A DNA stretch of 36,071 bases, from positions 1-36,071 of the forward strand of contig JBFMBT010000017.1 in assembly GCA_040754875.1 (NCBI GenBank). The letters run 5' to 3'. Below, piece by piece: positions 1 to 8,837 of the stretch. This stretch comes from Verrucomicrobiota bacterium (GTDB lineage: Bacteria > Verrucomicrobiota > Verrucomicrobiia > Limisphaerales > JBFMBT01). The position numbers and the translations under genes were made by a program. Under the pieces are notes generated by a model. It was not told the origin of the DNA. It saw only the letters and a program-made list of their open reading frames with translations, and did not search any database. Position 1 is the stretch's first letter, and the number at the start of each line of letters is the position of its first letter.

Positions 1-1286
1 AAGCCCACGCGAAGAAGGCGCGCGAATTGCGCCGCCAATTGGAAGCATTCCATGGGCGCCAGGATTCCCAAGCCGTCGAAGCCGCCTGGCCGCACCTGAG
101 CCATGCTGACCCGTGGATTGCCCACGCCGCGCGCGTCGCTCTCGAACACCAGCCGCCCGTTACATGGCAGGCGCGCGCCTTGAACGAAGTTTCCGATGCG
201 ACCGCGTTGCCCGCGCTCATGGCGCTTGCGCGCGTGGGGAACGATTCCGCCTTGCTCGCCATCTTCAAGCGCCTTCAGCCCATTCCGCTCGCGTCGCTGT
301 CCGTCGAACAGCAACTCGTCGCTTTGCGCACTTACGAAATCTGCCTCCAACGCGTCGGCGCCGACGCGCCGCTCATCGCGCGCCTCATCGAGCATCTGCA
401 ACCGCTGCTGCCCGCGACGTCCGCCGCCTTGAATCAGGAGCTGGCGAAGATGCTCGTCGCCCTTGGTGCCCCGGGCATCGTCGCGGAAACTCTTTCCTTG
501 CTCGGTTCCGCCACGACCCAGGAGGAAAAACTCCATTACCTCTTTCTCCTCCGCAACGTCCGCGATGGCTGGACCGACGACAACCGCGCCCGTTACTTCC
601 GCGCGCTCTCACAGATGGACAGCTTCCGCGGCGGCGCGGGCCTGCCCAAGTTCGTCCAGCAGATCCGGAGCGAGGCCTTGGCGGCGATCCCCGACGACCA
701 GCGTCCTCGCTTTGCCGCGTTGCTCGAAAATCGCGCCGCCGTTGAGCAGGATTCAGCCGCCGCTGCGCGGCCGTTCGTCCGCCGCTGGACATTGGCCGAC
801 TTGGAAAGCGCGCTCCCACAAGCCAGCCACGGCCGTAACTTTACCCGCGGCCGCCAGCTTTACGCCGCCACCATGTGCATCCGCTGCCACCAACTCGGCG
901 ACCTTGGCCGACCCTTCGGCCCCGACCTCACCGACGTTGCCAGGCGCTTCAACCGCAAGGACTTGCTGGCCTCCATCCTGTTGCCGTCGCAGGTCGTTTC
1001 GGAGACCTACCGCAATGTCACCGTCACCTTGAAGGACGGCCGCACCGTCACCGGCCGCATCGCCCTCGAAGGCGATTATCGTCTCCAGGTTCTCCGCGTC
1101 GCCACCGACGCTTTGGCCCCGGACAAGTTCACCGAAGTCCCTAAGAATGAAATTGTTAGCTACACGGAATCCTTGGTTTCCCCCATGCCCGAAGGCCTTT
1201 TGGATACCTTGACCCGCGACGAAATCCTCGACCTCCTCGCCTTCATCGAGGCTGGCGGAAGCCCCAATCATCAAAACTTCAGATAA
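1..1286 (+). CDS. 5'-truncated C-terminal part of a PVC-type membrane-bound dehydrogenase / putative heme-binding domain protein (HEAT-like repeats followed by a c-type cytochrome motif)
   Basis: The frame-3 ORF runs without a stop from the window edge to TAA at 1284-1286. The product contains CIRCHQLGDLGRPFGPDL, a CxxCH heme-binding motif in the context typical of the Pirellula/Verrucomicrobium-type heme-binding domain (TIGR02603-like), preceded by a helical-repeat region. Confidence 0.8.
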   Translation, partial: AHAKKARELRRQLEAFHGRQDSQAVEAAWPHLSHADPWIAHAARVALEHQPPVTWQARALNEVSDATALPALMALARVGNDSALLAIFKRLQPIPLASLSVEQQLVALRTYEICLQRVGADAPLIARLIEHLQPLLPATSAALNQELAKMLVALGAPGIVAETLSLLGSATTQEEKLHYLFLLRNVRDGWTDDNRARYFRALSQMDSFRGGAGLPKFVQQIRSEALAAIPDDQRPRFAALLENRAAVEQDSAAAARPFVRRWTLADLESALPQASHGRNFTRGRQLYAATMCIRCHQLGDLGRPFGPDLTDVARRFNRKDLLASILLPSQVVSETYRNVTVTLKDGRTVTGRIALEGDYRLQVLRVATDALAPDKFTEVPKNEIVSYTESLVSPMPEGLLDTLTRDEILDLLAFIEAGGSPNHQNFR

Positions 1287-1612
1287 TGTCACAACCGCCT
1301 GACCTTAAAAACCTTGTGCACACGACGGGCCGCGAAAATCCACGTAAATCCACATCTGGTGCAAGGCAAAAAAACCCAGAACACATCCAAATGAAGCCGC
1401 AGCCTGAACCGGAAACCCCTGCCCACGCGACGGTCCGCGAGAATCCACATAAATCCACATATCGAGGGGGCGAAATAATTGTTGCCGTCATCGCAAGCTT
1501 CATTCTTGCCGGAATCTTGGTTCCGTCCGGCGACCCGCTCACGGTGTTGCTATATGGAATCGCGCTCTCAGTGGTGGCTGTTTTGGGCTTGCGCAAGCGC
1601 AAGGCGCGGTGA
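1286..1612 (+). CDS. small (108 aa) hypothetical membrane protein with two repeated N-terminal ENP(R/H)KST motifs and a C-terminal TM segment ending in an RKRKAR tail
   Basis: The ATG overlaps the upstream stop in a TAATG arrangement, which suggests translational coupling. The C-terminus is hydrophobic (IIVAVIASFILAGILVPSG...LSVVAVLGL) and is followed by a basic tail. The ORF contains a 33-bp direct DNA repeat. Coding status is uncertain. Confidence 0.4.
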   Translation: MSQPPDLKNLVHTTGRENPRKSTSGARQKNPEHIQMKPQPEPETPAHATVRENPHKSTYRGGEIIVAVIASFILAGILVPSGDPLTVLLYGIALSVVAVLGLRKRKAR

Positions 1613-1619
1613 TGACGAA

Positions 1620-3737
1620 TTACTTCGTGGGCACCAATTGCAGTCCATCGACGATCACATGTCCTTCGGTGTCTTTGTTCGAAACGGTGATGGTTGTCCC
1701 TTTGCCTTTGGGTAGCGTGAACTTGCCGAGGGAGAATGCGCCGTTTTTCTTCGCGTCGCGCTGGTTGACCTTCACGGTGCGCGTCTCGCCGCCTTTCACG
1801 GCGACAGTCACCGGCACGTTCGTTGCGCGATTGGACGAGTGCGGCGCGAACAAAAAGACCTCGTATTCGCCCGCCGTGGGAATCTCCGGCGTGAACGCCA
1901 CGGTCATCGCGCCTTTGTTCTGGTCGCCGTCGTGCAAGTAGCCGCTGCCCACTTTCCACGCGATGGTCGCGGCGGGCGCCCAGTCGCCGGTCTTCTGCGC
2001 GTCGGCGTCATCCAGCACCACGCCGGGCAGGCTCTTGGGGTCAATGACCCTCCCGCCGGTGCGCGACGGACCAGTCCATTCGAGAATCTGTTTGTCCGCC
2101 AGCAATCGAGCGCGGAGCTTGTCGTAATTCACTTTGGCCACGGGCACCTTGTCGTCGATCGCGTAAACCGCCGCTGTCGCCGCCGACTGGCCGAGGATCA
2201 TAAACACCGGTTCCATGCGGATGCTGCCATACGCGATGTGCGACGAAGACAGGCACACCGGCACGAACAGGTTGTTGCACTCGCTGGTCTTCGGAATGAT
2301 GGAGCGATACGAAATCGGATACGGCTTCATCGGCGGCACCTGGACGTCGCCTTCGTTCTCGGCCCGGCCGTTCTTCACGATGCGATTGCAGTTGTGCGAA
2401 TCCATGTTGTAGGCGGCCAGGCCCACGGAGTCCTGCGCAACCTCGACATAACGGCAATGTTTCTCGGTCATCACGTAATCGGACACCAACCGCCGCGCCT
2501 CGCGTACATACATCTCGCGCGACCAGCCGAGCGTGTCCTGAAACTCATCCTTGCAAGGCCCCCAGCGCTTCATTTCTTCGCGCATGTTTTCCGGCACGCG
2601 CGGGCTGGTGGCCAGGAACCACATGAAGCCACGGATGTAATTCTCATGTTCCTTCGCGATCTGTTCGCGCTTCGCGTAATCCGCCTCCGGATAATCCCAG
2701 TTCATGCTGATGAAATCGGTCGAGAACCCGCCGTTGTTATTGATGTCCGTCTTGTGGTTGGGCATCCAGATGGGATTCCAGAATTGCCCGAGCACGGGCT
2801 TCCGGCCGGCGGCGACCAGCGCTTCGAGATAACGCCCCAGCAGTTCATACTTCTTCGCGTCGTAGGCGGGCGGTGGCGCCAGCGGCAGGCGGTTGGCGGC
2901 GTTGGTCGTGTAACAAAGCCGGTAATTGTAGGCCTGTACGCGCTTGTCGCCGTCGCCCGGCTTGCCGCCATCGCCGGGCTGGATGAACGGCAGCAGTCCG
3001 CTCGAAGGGTCGCCCGGCCTCATGTATGGATCCACCGGCACGGTGAATTGATGCTTCGGCGTCTCGGCGCGAATGCCGTTGAGGGTTTCCCCGTAAGTCG
3101 CGTTGGCCTCGCGTCCGACGTGATAGGAGCAACCCGCCTTCGCCAGCAAATCGCCTTCATACGTGCCGTCGATGAACATCTTCGCGCGAAACACCTTGCC
3201 GTTTTCCATCGTGATTTCCGTGATGCGCAAGCCGTCCTTCTTCACGGCGGCCAGCCGTTGTTCGAGATACACCGGCACCTTCGCCTCGCGCAACATGTCG
3301 AAGTAAATCTTCTCCGCCACGCGCGGCTCGAAGGTCCACATCGTTGCCTCCGGGCCGTCCAGACTGCTGGCGGCCGACTGCCCGCCGCGGCGTTTGCTGA
3401 AATACTCCTGCGCGGTTTCGGACACCCACGACGACGGTTTCGCGTAATGTTGCGCGATGCGATGGTAAAACTCGCGCGAGATGCCGCCGACCGCCGCCTT
3501 GTTGCCGATGTCCGTCGCGCCCAGCCCGCCGGTGGTCAGGCCGCCCAGATACTTCGTGGGGTTGACGATGACCGCCGTCTTGCCCATGCGATGGGCCTGA
3601 ATGGCGGCGACGATGCCCGCCGAGGTTCCGCCGAAAACACAAATATCAGCTTCAATCACTTCGGCGGCCTGGCTTTGGGTTGGACTCAACAAACAGGCCA
3701 GCGCGGTCAGAATGGAGGTAAGGCGAAACAAGTTCAT
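1620..3737 (-). CDS. secreted FAD-dependent oxidoreductase (xanthan-lyase-like FAD_oxidored family) with a C-terminal beta-rich domain
   Basis: It has an N-terminal signal peptide (MNLFRLTSILTALACLLSPTQSQA) and a Rossmann dinucleotide-binding motif (CVFGGTSAGIVAAIQA). It is 705 aa with an ATG start at 3737. Confidence 0.85.
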   Translation of the reverse strand: MNLFRLTSILTALACLLSPTQSQAAEVIEADICVFGGTSAGIVAAIQAHRMGKTAVIVNPTKYLGGLTTGGLGATDIGNKAAVGGISREFYHRIAQHYAKPSSWVSETAQEYFSKRRGGQSAASSLDGPEATMWTFEPRVAEKIYFDMLREAKVPVYLEQRLAAVKKDGLRITEITMENGKVFRAKMFIDGTYEGDLLAKAGCSYHVGREANATYGETLNGIRAETPKHQFTVPVDPYMRPGDPSSGLLPFIQPGDGGKPGDGDKRVQAYNYRLCYTTNAANRLPLAPPPAYDAKKYELLGRYLEALVAAGRKPVLGQFWNPIWMPNHKTDINNNGGFSTDFISMNWDYPEADYAKREQIAKEHENYIRGFMWFLATSPRVPENMREEMKRWGPCKDEFQDTLGWSREMYVREARRLVSDYVMTEKHCRYVEVAQDSVGLAAYNMDSHNCNRIVKNGRAENEGDVQVPPMKPYPISYRSIIPKTSECNNLFVPVCLSSSHIAYGSIRMEPVFMILGQSAATAAVYAIDDKVPVAKVNYDKLRARLLADKQILEWTGPSRTGGRVIDPKSLPGVVLDDADAQKTGDWAPAATIAWKVGSGYLHDGDQNKGAMTVAFTPEIPTAGEYEVFLFAPHSSNRATNVPVTVAVKGGETRTVKVNQRDAKKNGAFSLGKFTLPKGKGTTITVSNKDTEGHVIVDGLQLVPTK

Positions 3738-3797
3738 GGGAACAGGATAGACAAAGTCCCTTGCGTGAGGGCAATCACAAACCGCCGGAATTGCGGC

Positions 3798-4289
3798 TCA
3801 CGACTTGGATTGAGCTTCGATTTCGCTCACTTCCTTGCGCAACGCGGAGAAGTTTCCCTGCTCGCAGCAATGAACGAAACCTTCAGTCACGCTCTTCAAT
3901 TCCTCCCAGCGCGCGCGAATCTTGCGCGCCTCCTCCTTGGAGATGTGATTGTCGCTGGCCGCGGTGGCGACCACCGAGAGCAGGTCGGCAAATTCCTGCA
4001 CGATCTGGTTCGTCGCGGGAATCACGTAATACGGATGCGGCCACTGCGCGCGCGGATTCTTGATGAAGAAACCGCCGGCACGTTCGCAAATCCATTGCGC
4101 GATGCGCGGGTCCTGCGTGGCCTTGATGAGTGTCTCGATGCGGTCCAGGGGATTGGGCGTGCCGCTGCCGCCTTCGCGCGAAGCTTCGGCCCATTTGTAA
4201 ATCATCGAAAGCGAAAGCCCCATGTCGTCAGCCACCTGCTTGGGGTTGGATTTGCTCAGAACATCGCGCAACAGTTCGTGGGATTGCAT
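3798..4289 (-). CDS. hypothetical protein with a probable N-terminal Cro/CII-like HTH
   Basis: The 163-aa ORF has an ATG start and non-biased composition. The segment VADDMGLSLSMIYKW resembles the recognition helix of phage CII/YdaS-like HTH domains. The function is unknown. Confidence 0.55.
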   Translation of the reverse strand: MQSHELLRDVLSKSNPKQVADDMGLSLSMIYKWAEASREGGSGTPNPLDRIETLIKATQDPRIAQWICERAGGFFIKNPRAQWPHPYYVIPATNQIVQEFADLLSVVATAASDNHISKEEARKIRARWEELKSVTEGFVHCCEQGNFSALRKEVSEIEAQSKS

Positions 4290-4549
4290 GGCGCGAGTCT
4301 AACACGGTCCCCACCCGAAACGGAAGTGGAGAGTTGCACCGCCCGTATTACAAACCCCTCATGGTTTTATAAATGAAATGCCCGCGTGCGCGTGCAATTC
4401 TCTACTCCGACGTGAAAGTCGATTCTCTCGCGCACCACGAAGGACGCCAAGGAGCGTTTCCCCGGCAGGCACTGCTGGCTTGCCGGGGAAACATCAATCA
4501 GCGACACTGAGCGCGTAATGAGGGTTTCGTTGCGCCACATCACAATATT

Positions 4550-4927
4550 ATGACTTGCCCAAAGTGTCAGAAACCGATGGAGAAGGTGAGCTTCGAGGGC
4601 ATCGACGTGGATCGTTGCACCGGGTGCCGCGGCATCTGGTTCGATGCGCTCGAAGCGGAGGAGTTGTTGAAACTGCCCGGTTCCGAACAGATCGACACAG
4701 GGGATACGCAACGTGGCGAGGGGTGGAATCCGATGCAAAAGGCCGAGTGCCCGGTGTGCCACACGCGGATGATTCGCATGGTGGACAACGATCAACCGCA
4801 TATCCGATACGAAGCGTGCAAATTGTGCGGAGGGCTGTTTCTGGATGCGGGCGAATTCCGCGACCTCAAGGAAGAATCGTTGAAAGACTGGCTCAAAAGC
4901 CTGTTTCGCAAGCGCAAGGCGCAGTAA
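4550..4927 (+). CDS. tandem zf-TFIIB-type zinc-ribbon protein
   Basis: It has two copies of a CPxC...(V/M)...IDxCxxCxG(I/L)(W/F)(F/L)D module (CPKCQ..CTGCRGIWFD and CPVCH..CKLCGGLFLD), characteristic of PF13453-like zinc ribbons. Confidence 0.75.
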   Translation: MTCPKCQKPMEKVSFEGIDVDRCTGCRGIWFDALEAEELLKLPGSEQIDTGDTQRGEGWNPMQKAECPVCHTRMIRMVDNDQPHIRYEACKLCGGLFLDAGEFRDLKEESLKDWLKSLFRKRKAQ

Positions 4928-4932
4928 CACCG

Positions 4933-6510
4933 TCAATCGCCGCGCGGTCGGCGCATGTTGCGCGCCAGGTATTGTCGCGTGCTCTCGCGGTTGGCGGCGT
5001 CATAGAATTCCACGGGATTATAATCGTCAGTCAGCACCATCCCGCTGGTCGAATTGACGTTGCCAATCCGACGATAGGCCGTTTCGGCTTCCCACTGTAC
5101 GGAGGGATGAACCGCGGAGACGTCCGGTTCACGCTCAAACTCAAGCGGCGCTCGGTCGGAGGCGACAAAGAACACATTGCCTCCGCCGCTGTGATGAATC
5201 CGCACGCTCTTGAACACCGCCTTCAACGTCTTGTCCAGCGAGGCTGTGAAAAAGTCCCGGCCCGGCGAGAAATCCCCAAAACTGTTGATGACCAGCACGC
5301 CGCCTGGTTTGAGCACCTCCTGCATGGCGGCGAAGGCTTCGCGAGTCATCAGATGCGACGGCGAAGAATCGCCCAGGAACGCGTCCAGCACCACGGCATC
5401 GTATTTCTTGTCGGTCGCGTTCAGGTGGTAACGTCCGTCACCGATGATGATATTCAACTTGTCCGGTTCGAGGCCGAAATGCTTCGCGGCCAGCGGCACC
5501 ACGGCAGGATTGATTTCCACGGCATCGACCTTCGCTCCATCCCGCGCGAAGTTCATCGGCGCAATGCCCACGCCTAGGCCGATGCACAGGACGTCATCGA
5601 GCGTCGAGGTGTAAACGCGCGCCAGACCGTGCAGCATGTAGGTGAAGAGGCTGACGCTCTTTTTGGTTTCCGGGTCGTATGTGTTCTGCGTGAGATAATC
5701 GTTCAGGTAATAGCGTGTATCGCGCGACTGGCTTTCGAGAACTTGCAACAATCCAAAATCCGAATTACGCCGCTCAATCTGCGTGCCGAGGATGTAGTTT
5801 GGATTATTGTCCACCCGCACGCCGCCGTAACCGAGCAACGCCGTGAGTGCCACAAGCACAGTCGCCGTCATCTGTTGCTGGCTTTGTTTAGCAACGACAA
5901 AGTAACCGGACGCGACGGCAACCAGCACTCCCGCGGTGATATACATCGTCACCGAGTTCGGCAGGAATGGCAGCAGCACGTAGCCAATCAGCACCGTGCC
6001 CAACACGCTGCCCAGTGTGCTGATGGCCGACAATCGCCCGACTTGTCCGCCCACCACGCTAACCGATGACGTCATCACGCGAATCACAAACGGCCCCACC
6101 GCTGCGAGCAAGGTCAACGGCACGAAGAACAGGAACAGCGACGCCAGCACCGAGCCTGCCGCCAGCTTGAAACGCAGGCACGCGTAAGCCACCGGCTCAC
6201 AGAAGGCGATGGTCGTTGCCAGATAGAGCGCCGCACCGAGAATGCAAAAGTACAGCCGGTGCAGCTTTTGCGAACGGTCCACCAGCCAGCCGCCGAACCA
6301 ATAACCGGCTGCCAGAGATACCAGCGTTACCGCGATCTGCGCGGTCCACACGAAATGCGAAGTGCCAAAGTAGGGTGACAACATCTTCGCCCCGAGAATC
6401 TCGACAATCAGGATGACGGCGCCGGTCACGGCGGCGGTCAAATAGAGGTAGCGCCGCAAACCGGGCGAGACATCCGACACGGGTTGCGCGGGAGCGGGTT
6501 TCTTTTGCAC
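4933..6510 (-). CDS. fused membrane (MFS-like) / spermidine synthase-like aminopropyl/methyltransferase-fold protein
   Basis: The N-terminal roughly 200 aa contain multiple TM helices. The C-terminal region (VLDAFLGDSSPSHLMTREAFAAMQEVLKPGGVLVINSFGD) is spermidine-synthase/SAM-MTase-like. The start appears to be GTG at 6510. Confidence 0.8.
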   Translation of the reverse strand: MQKKPAPAQPVSDVSPGLRRYLYLTAAVTGAVILIVEILGAKMLSPYFGTSHFVWTAQIAVTLVSLAAGYWFGGWLVDRSQKLHRLYFCILGAALYLATTIAFCEPVAYACLRFKLAAGSVLASLFLFFVPLTLLAAVGPFVIRVMTSSVSVVGGQVGRLSAISTLGSVLGTVLIGYVLLPFLPNSVTMYITAGVLVAVASGYFVVAKQSQQQMTATVLVALTALLGYGGVRVDNNPNYILGTQIERRNSDFGLLQVLESQSRDTRYYLNDYLTQNTYDPETKKSVSLFTYMLHGLARVYTSTLDDVLCIGLGVGIAPMNFARDGAKVDAVEINPAVVPLAAKHFGLEPDKLNIIIGDGRYHLNATDKKYDAVVLDAFLGDSSPSHLMTREAFAAMQEVLKPGGVLVINSFGDFSPGRDFFTASLDKTLKAVFKSVRIHHSGGGNVFFVASDRAPLEFEREPDVSAVHPSVQWEAETAYRRIGNVNSTSGMVLTDDYNPVEFYDAANRESTRQYLARNMRRPRGD

Positions 6511-6577
6511 GCGCTGTTTCTACTTTTGCAGAGGTTGGGAAGCAAGCCGCATGGGATTGGGCGCTTGGAGATCGGTA

Positions 6578-6740
6578 CCGGATCGCGGCTGTCCTCAGCC
6601 GCAGCGTGTGGAAAGCAAAGCGGAGTTGGGAGGTTCGTTTGATCGTATGTGTGTTTGACGTCTCATGGAGATAACCTCGAAGTCAGTCCATTAGCTCGGT
6701 TGCATTTTACGCGCTGCGGCTGAGGACAGCCGCGGTCCGG
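6578..6740. repeat. 29-bp near-perfect inverted-repeat pair (ccgga[t/c]cgcggctgtcctcagccgcagcg) flanking a 105-bp lower-GC spacer; each arm also contains an internal 7-bp hairpin (gcggctg-tcct-cagccgc)
   Basis: The left arm at 6578-6606 is the reverse complement of the right arm at 6712-6740, with 28 of 29 positions identical. It lies in the divergent intergenic region between the genes starting at 6510 (minus strand) and 6882 (plus strand). Confidence 0.8.
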
Positions 6741-6881
6741 GTCACATGGTGCGTTGCGACAGTTCGCGGCAATCCCGCGCGGGGCGGGGCGCTACGGCTT
6801 GCGGGTTTGGGTCGCATCTGACAGAATGCACCAACAGACCACGGCGACCGGGAAAACCACTTTCGCCGTTGGCGTGTAACG

Positions 6882-8831
6882 ATGGACGTGGAAGCCATAT
6901 TCGTTCTCGGCTTGTTTTTGCTGGGGCTGTTGCCGCTGGCCATCCTGGCGCAGCGCGCGCGCTCACGGTTCGGCGCGGTGCTGGCGGTTCTTGCGGGCCT
7001 TGGCACTGCGGGCGGTTTGCTCGCCATGGTGGCCCGCACCAAGCCGCCCATCATGATCGCCGGCGTTCCCACCAACCGCCCCATCGAAGTCCACGAAGAC
7101 GGTTACGTCTCATCCCAGACCTGCCGCTCGTGTCACCCGGGGAATTACGACACGTGGCACGATTCCTATCACCGCACGATGACGCAAGTGGCCACGCCGG
7201 AAACGGTGAAAGGCAACTTCAGCAACCAGGTGGTGCACGTGGAAGGGTTGACCTTTCGCATGGAACGCATCGGTGACGAATTCTGGGTGGAAGCCAGCAA
7301 CGCGACCAACTCGGCCGCGGCGCCCATGCGCAACCGCGTCACTTTGGTGACGGGTTCGCATCACATGCAGGTTTACTGGATACCGACTGGCGCCACGCGC
7401 AAGCTGGAGCCGGTGCCGATCATATACCTGTTCGAAGCGGAACGGTGGATTCCGCGGAAAGCGGCCTTCCTCCTTGGCCCCGGCGCGCCGCCGTTCGTGG
7501 AGGTCGGCCGTTGGAATGAAACGTGCAACTCCTGTCATACCACACGACCGCGACCGCGCTTGTTCGGGCCGGATGAGATGGACACGCGCGTGGCCGAGTT
7601 TGGGATCGCGTGCGAAGCCTGCCATGGCCCCGCCGAGGAACATGTGCGGGTCAATCGCGATCCTTTGCGCCGTTATTCCAGCCGCATGGCGCAGCGCGAC
7701 GACGACACCATTGCGCATCCGGGGAAAATGTCCGCCGTCCAGGGTTCGCAGGTGTGCGGACGCTGTCACACCATTGGCCATCAAACGGCGTTGACGGCCA
7801 GCGAGTGGAAAGACGACGGGGTGAGTTATCGTCCCGGCGAAGACCTGAACAAGTACGTCAGCCTCGTGCATATCGGTAACAAGGCGTTGTATGAACATTG
7901 GGAGGAACGGCAGCCGTCGTTCATCCGCGACCGCTTTTGGTCCGATGGCATGGTCCGGGTTTCCGGCCGCGAGTACAACGCATTGCTTGATTCGCCGTGT
8001 TACGCCCACGGCACAGGCGAGCGCCAGATGTCGTGTTTCTCCTGCCACGCGATGCACCAGCCGGCCGGCGACCCGCGCCCACGCAGCGAATGGGCCAACG
8101 ACCAATTGAAACCGGGCATGGACGGCAGCCGCGCGTGTCTTCAATGCCATGAAGACATCGGCCGGGACATCGGCGCGCACACGCACCATCGCGTCGATTC
8201 GGCCGGCAGCAATTGTTACAACTGCCACATGCCTTATACGACGTACGGTTTGCTCAAGGCGATGCGCAGCCATACGGTCAGCAGCCCCACTGTGCAATCC
8301 AGCGTTGACACGGGACGCCCGAACGCGTGCAACCAATGCCACCTCGATAAGACCATGGAATGGTCCGCAGAACATATGCACCGGTGGTATGGCATCGAGA
8401 AGCCGCAGCTCACGGATGATCAACGCGAAATCGCCGCCTCGATTCTCTGGACGTTGAAAGGCGATGCCGGACAGCGCGCCTTGATGGCGTGGAGCATGGG
8501 CTGGGAGCCGGCGAAGGAAGCATCCGGGAGCGACTGGCTTACGCCGTATCTGCTCCCGCTGCTGGTGGATCCGTATGATGCCGTGCGTTACATCGCCCAA
8601 CGTTCGCTCCGGGGCGTGCCGGGTGTGGGGGAGTTTTCGTATGATTTCGTCGGCCCGGAGAGCGAGCAACGCGTGGTGGCTCAGCGCTTGATGGTGCAGT
8701 GGCGCAGCCGTCCGCACCCCGGCGAAGGCCGCGCCGCCCTTCTGCTGGATGCCAAAGGGCAGATAAGGCAGGACATTTTTCTCAGACTGTTTGCGGAGCG
8801 GGATAATAAAGTCGTCTCGTTAGCCGAATAA
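6882..8831 (+). CDS. membrane-anchored multiheme (8 x CxxCH) c-type cytochrome with C-terminal HEAT-like repeats
   Basis: It has two N-terminal TM helices followed by the motifs CRSCH, CNSCH, CEACH, CGRCH, CFSCH, CLQCH, CYNCH and CNQCH. The C-terminal roughly 130 aa are helical-repeat-like. Confidence 0.85.
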   Translation: MDVEAIFVLGLFLLGLLPLAILAQRARSRFGAVLAVLAGLGTAGGLLAMVARTKPPIMIAGVPTNRPIEVHEDGYVSSQTCRSCHPGNYDTWHDSYHRTMTQVATPETVKGNFSNQVVHVEGLTFRMERIGDEFWVEASNATNSAAAPMRNRVTLVTGSHHMQVYWIPTGATRKLEPVPIIYLFEAERWIPRKAAFLLGPGAPPFVEVGRWNETCNSCHTTRPRPRLFGPDEMDTRVAEFGIACEACHGPAEEHVRVNRDPLRRYSSRMAQRDDDTIAHPGKMSAVQGSQVCGRCHTIGHQTALTASEWKDDGVSYRPGEDLNKYVSLVHIGNKALYEHWEERQPSFIRDRFWSDGMVRVSGREYNALLDSPCYAHGTGERQMSCFSCHAMHQPAGDPRPRSEWANDQLKPGMDGSRACLQCHEDIGRDIGAHTHHRVDSAGSNCYNCHMPYTTYGLLKAMRSHTVSSPTVQSSVDTGRPNACNQCHLDKTMEWSAEHMHRWYGIEKPQLTDDQREIAASILWTLKGDAGQRALMAWSMGWEPAKEASGSDWLTPYLLPLLVDPYDAVRYIAQRSLRGVPGVGEFSYDFVGPESEQRVVAQRLMVQWRSRPHPGEGRAALLLDAKGQIRQDIFLRLFAERDNKVVSLAE

Positions 8832-8837
8832 CACATC

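Noticed and set aside
1839-4376. 845-aa plus-strand ORF
   Set aside because: It is antisense to the FAD-dependent oxidoreductase (real GxGxxG motif) and to the 163-aa HTH gene. The composition is Arg-rich and shadow-like.
4468-4486. sigma-54-like GGCAC...TTGC element inside the hairpin loop
   Set aside because: The spacing between GGCAC and TTGC is 7 nt instead of the strict 5 nt, so it is not a credible -24/-12 promoter.
7110-8717. 535-aa minus-strand ORF
   Set aside because: It is antisense to the multiheme cytochrome, which has eight in-frame CxxCH motifs. It is Arg/His-rich junk.
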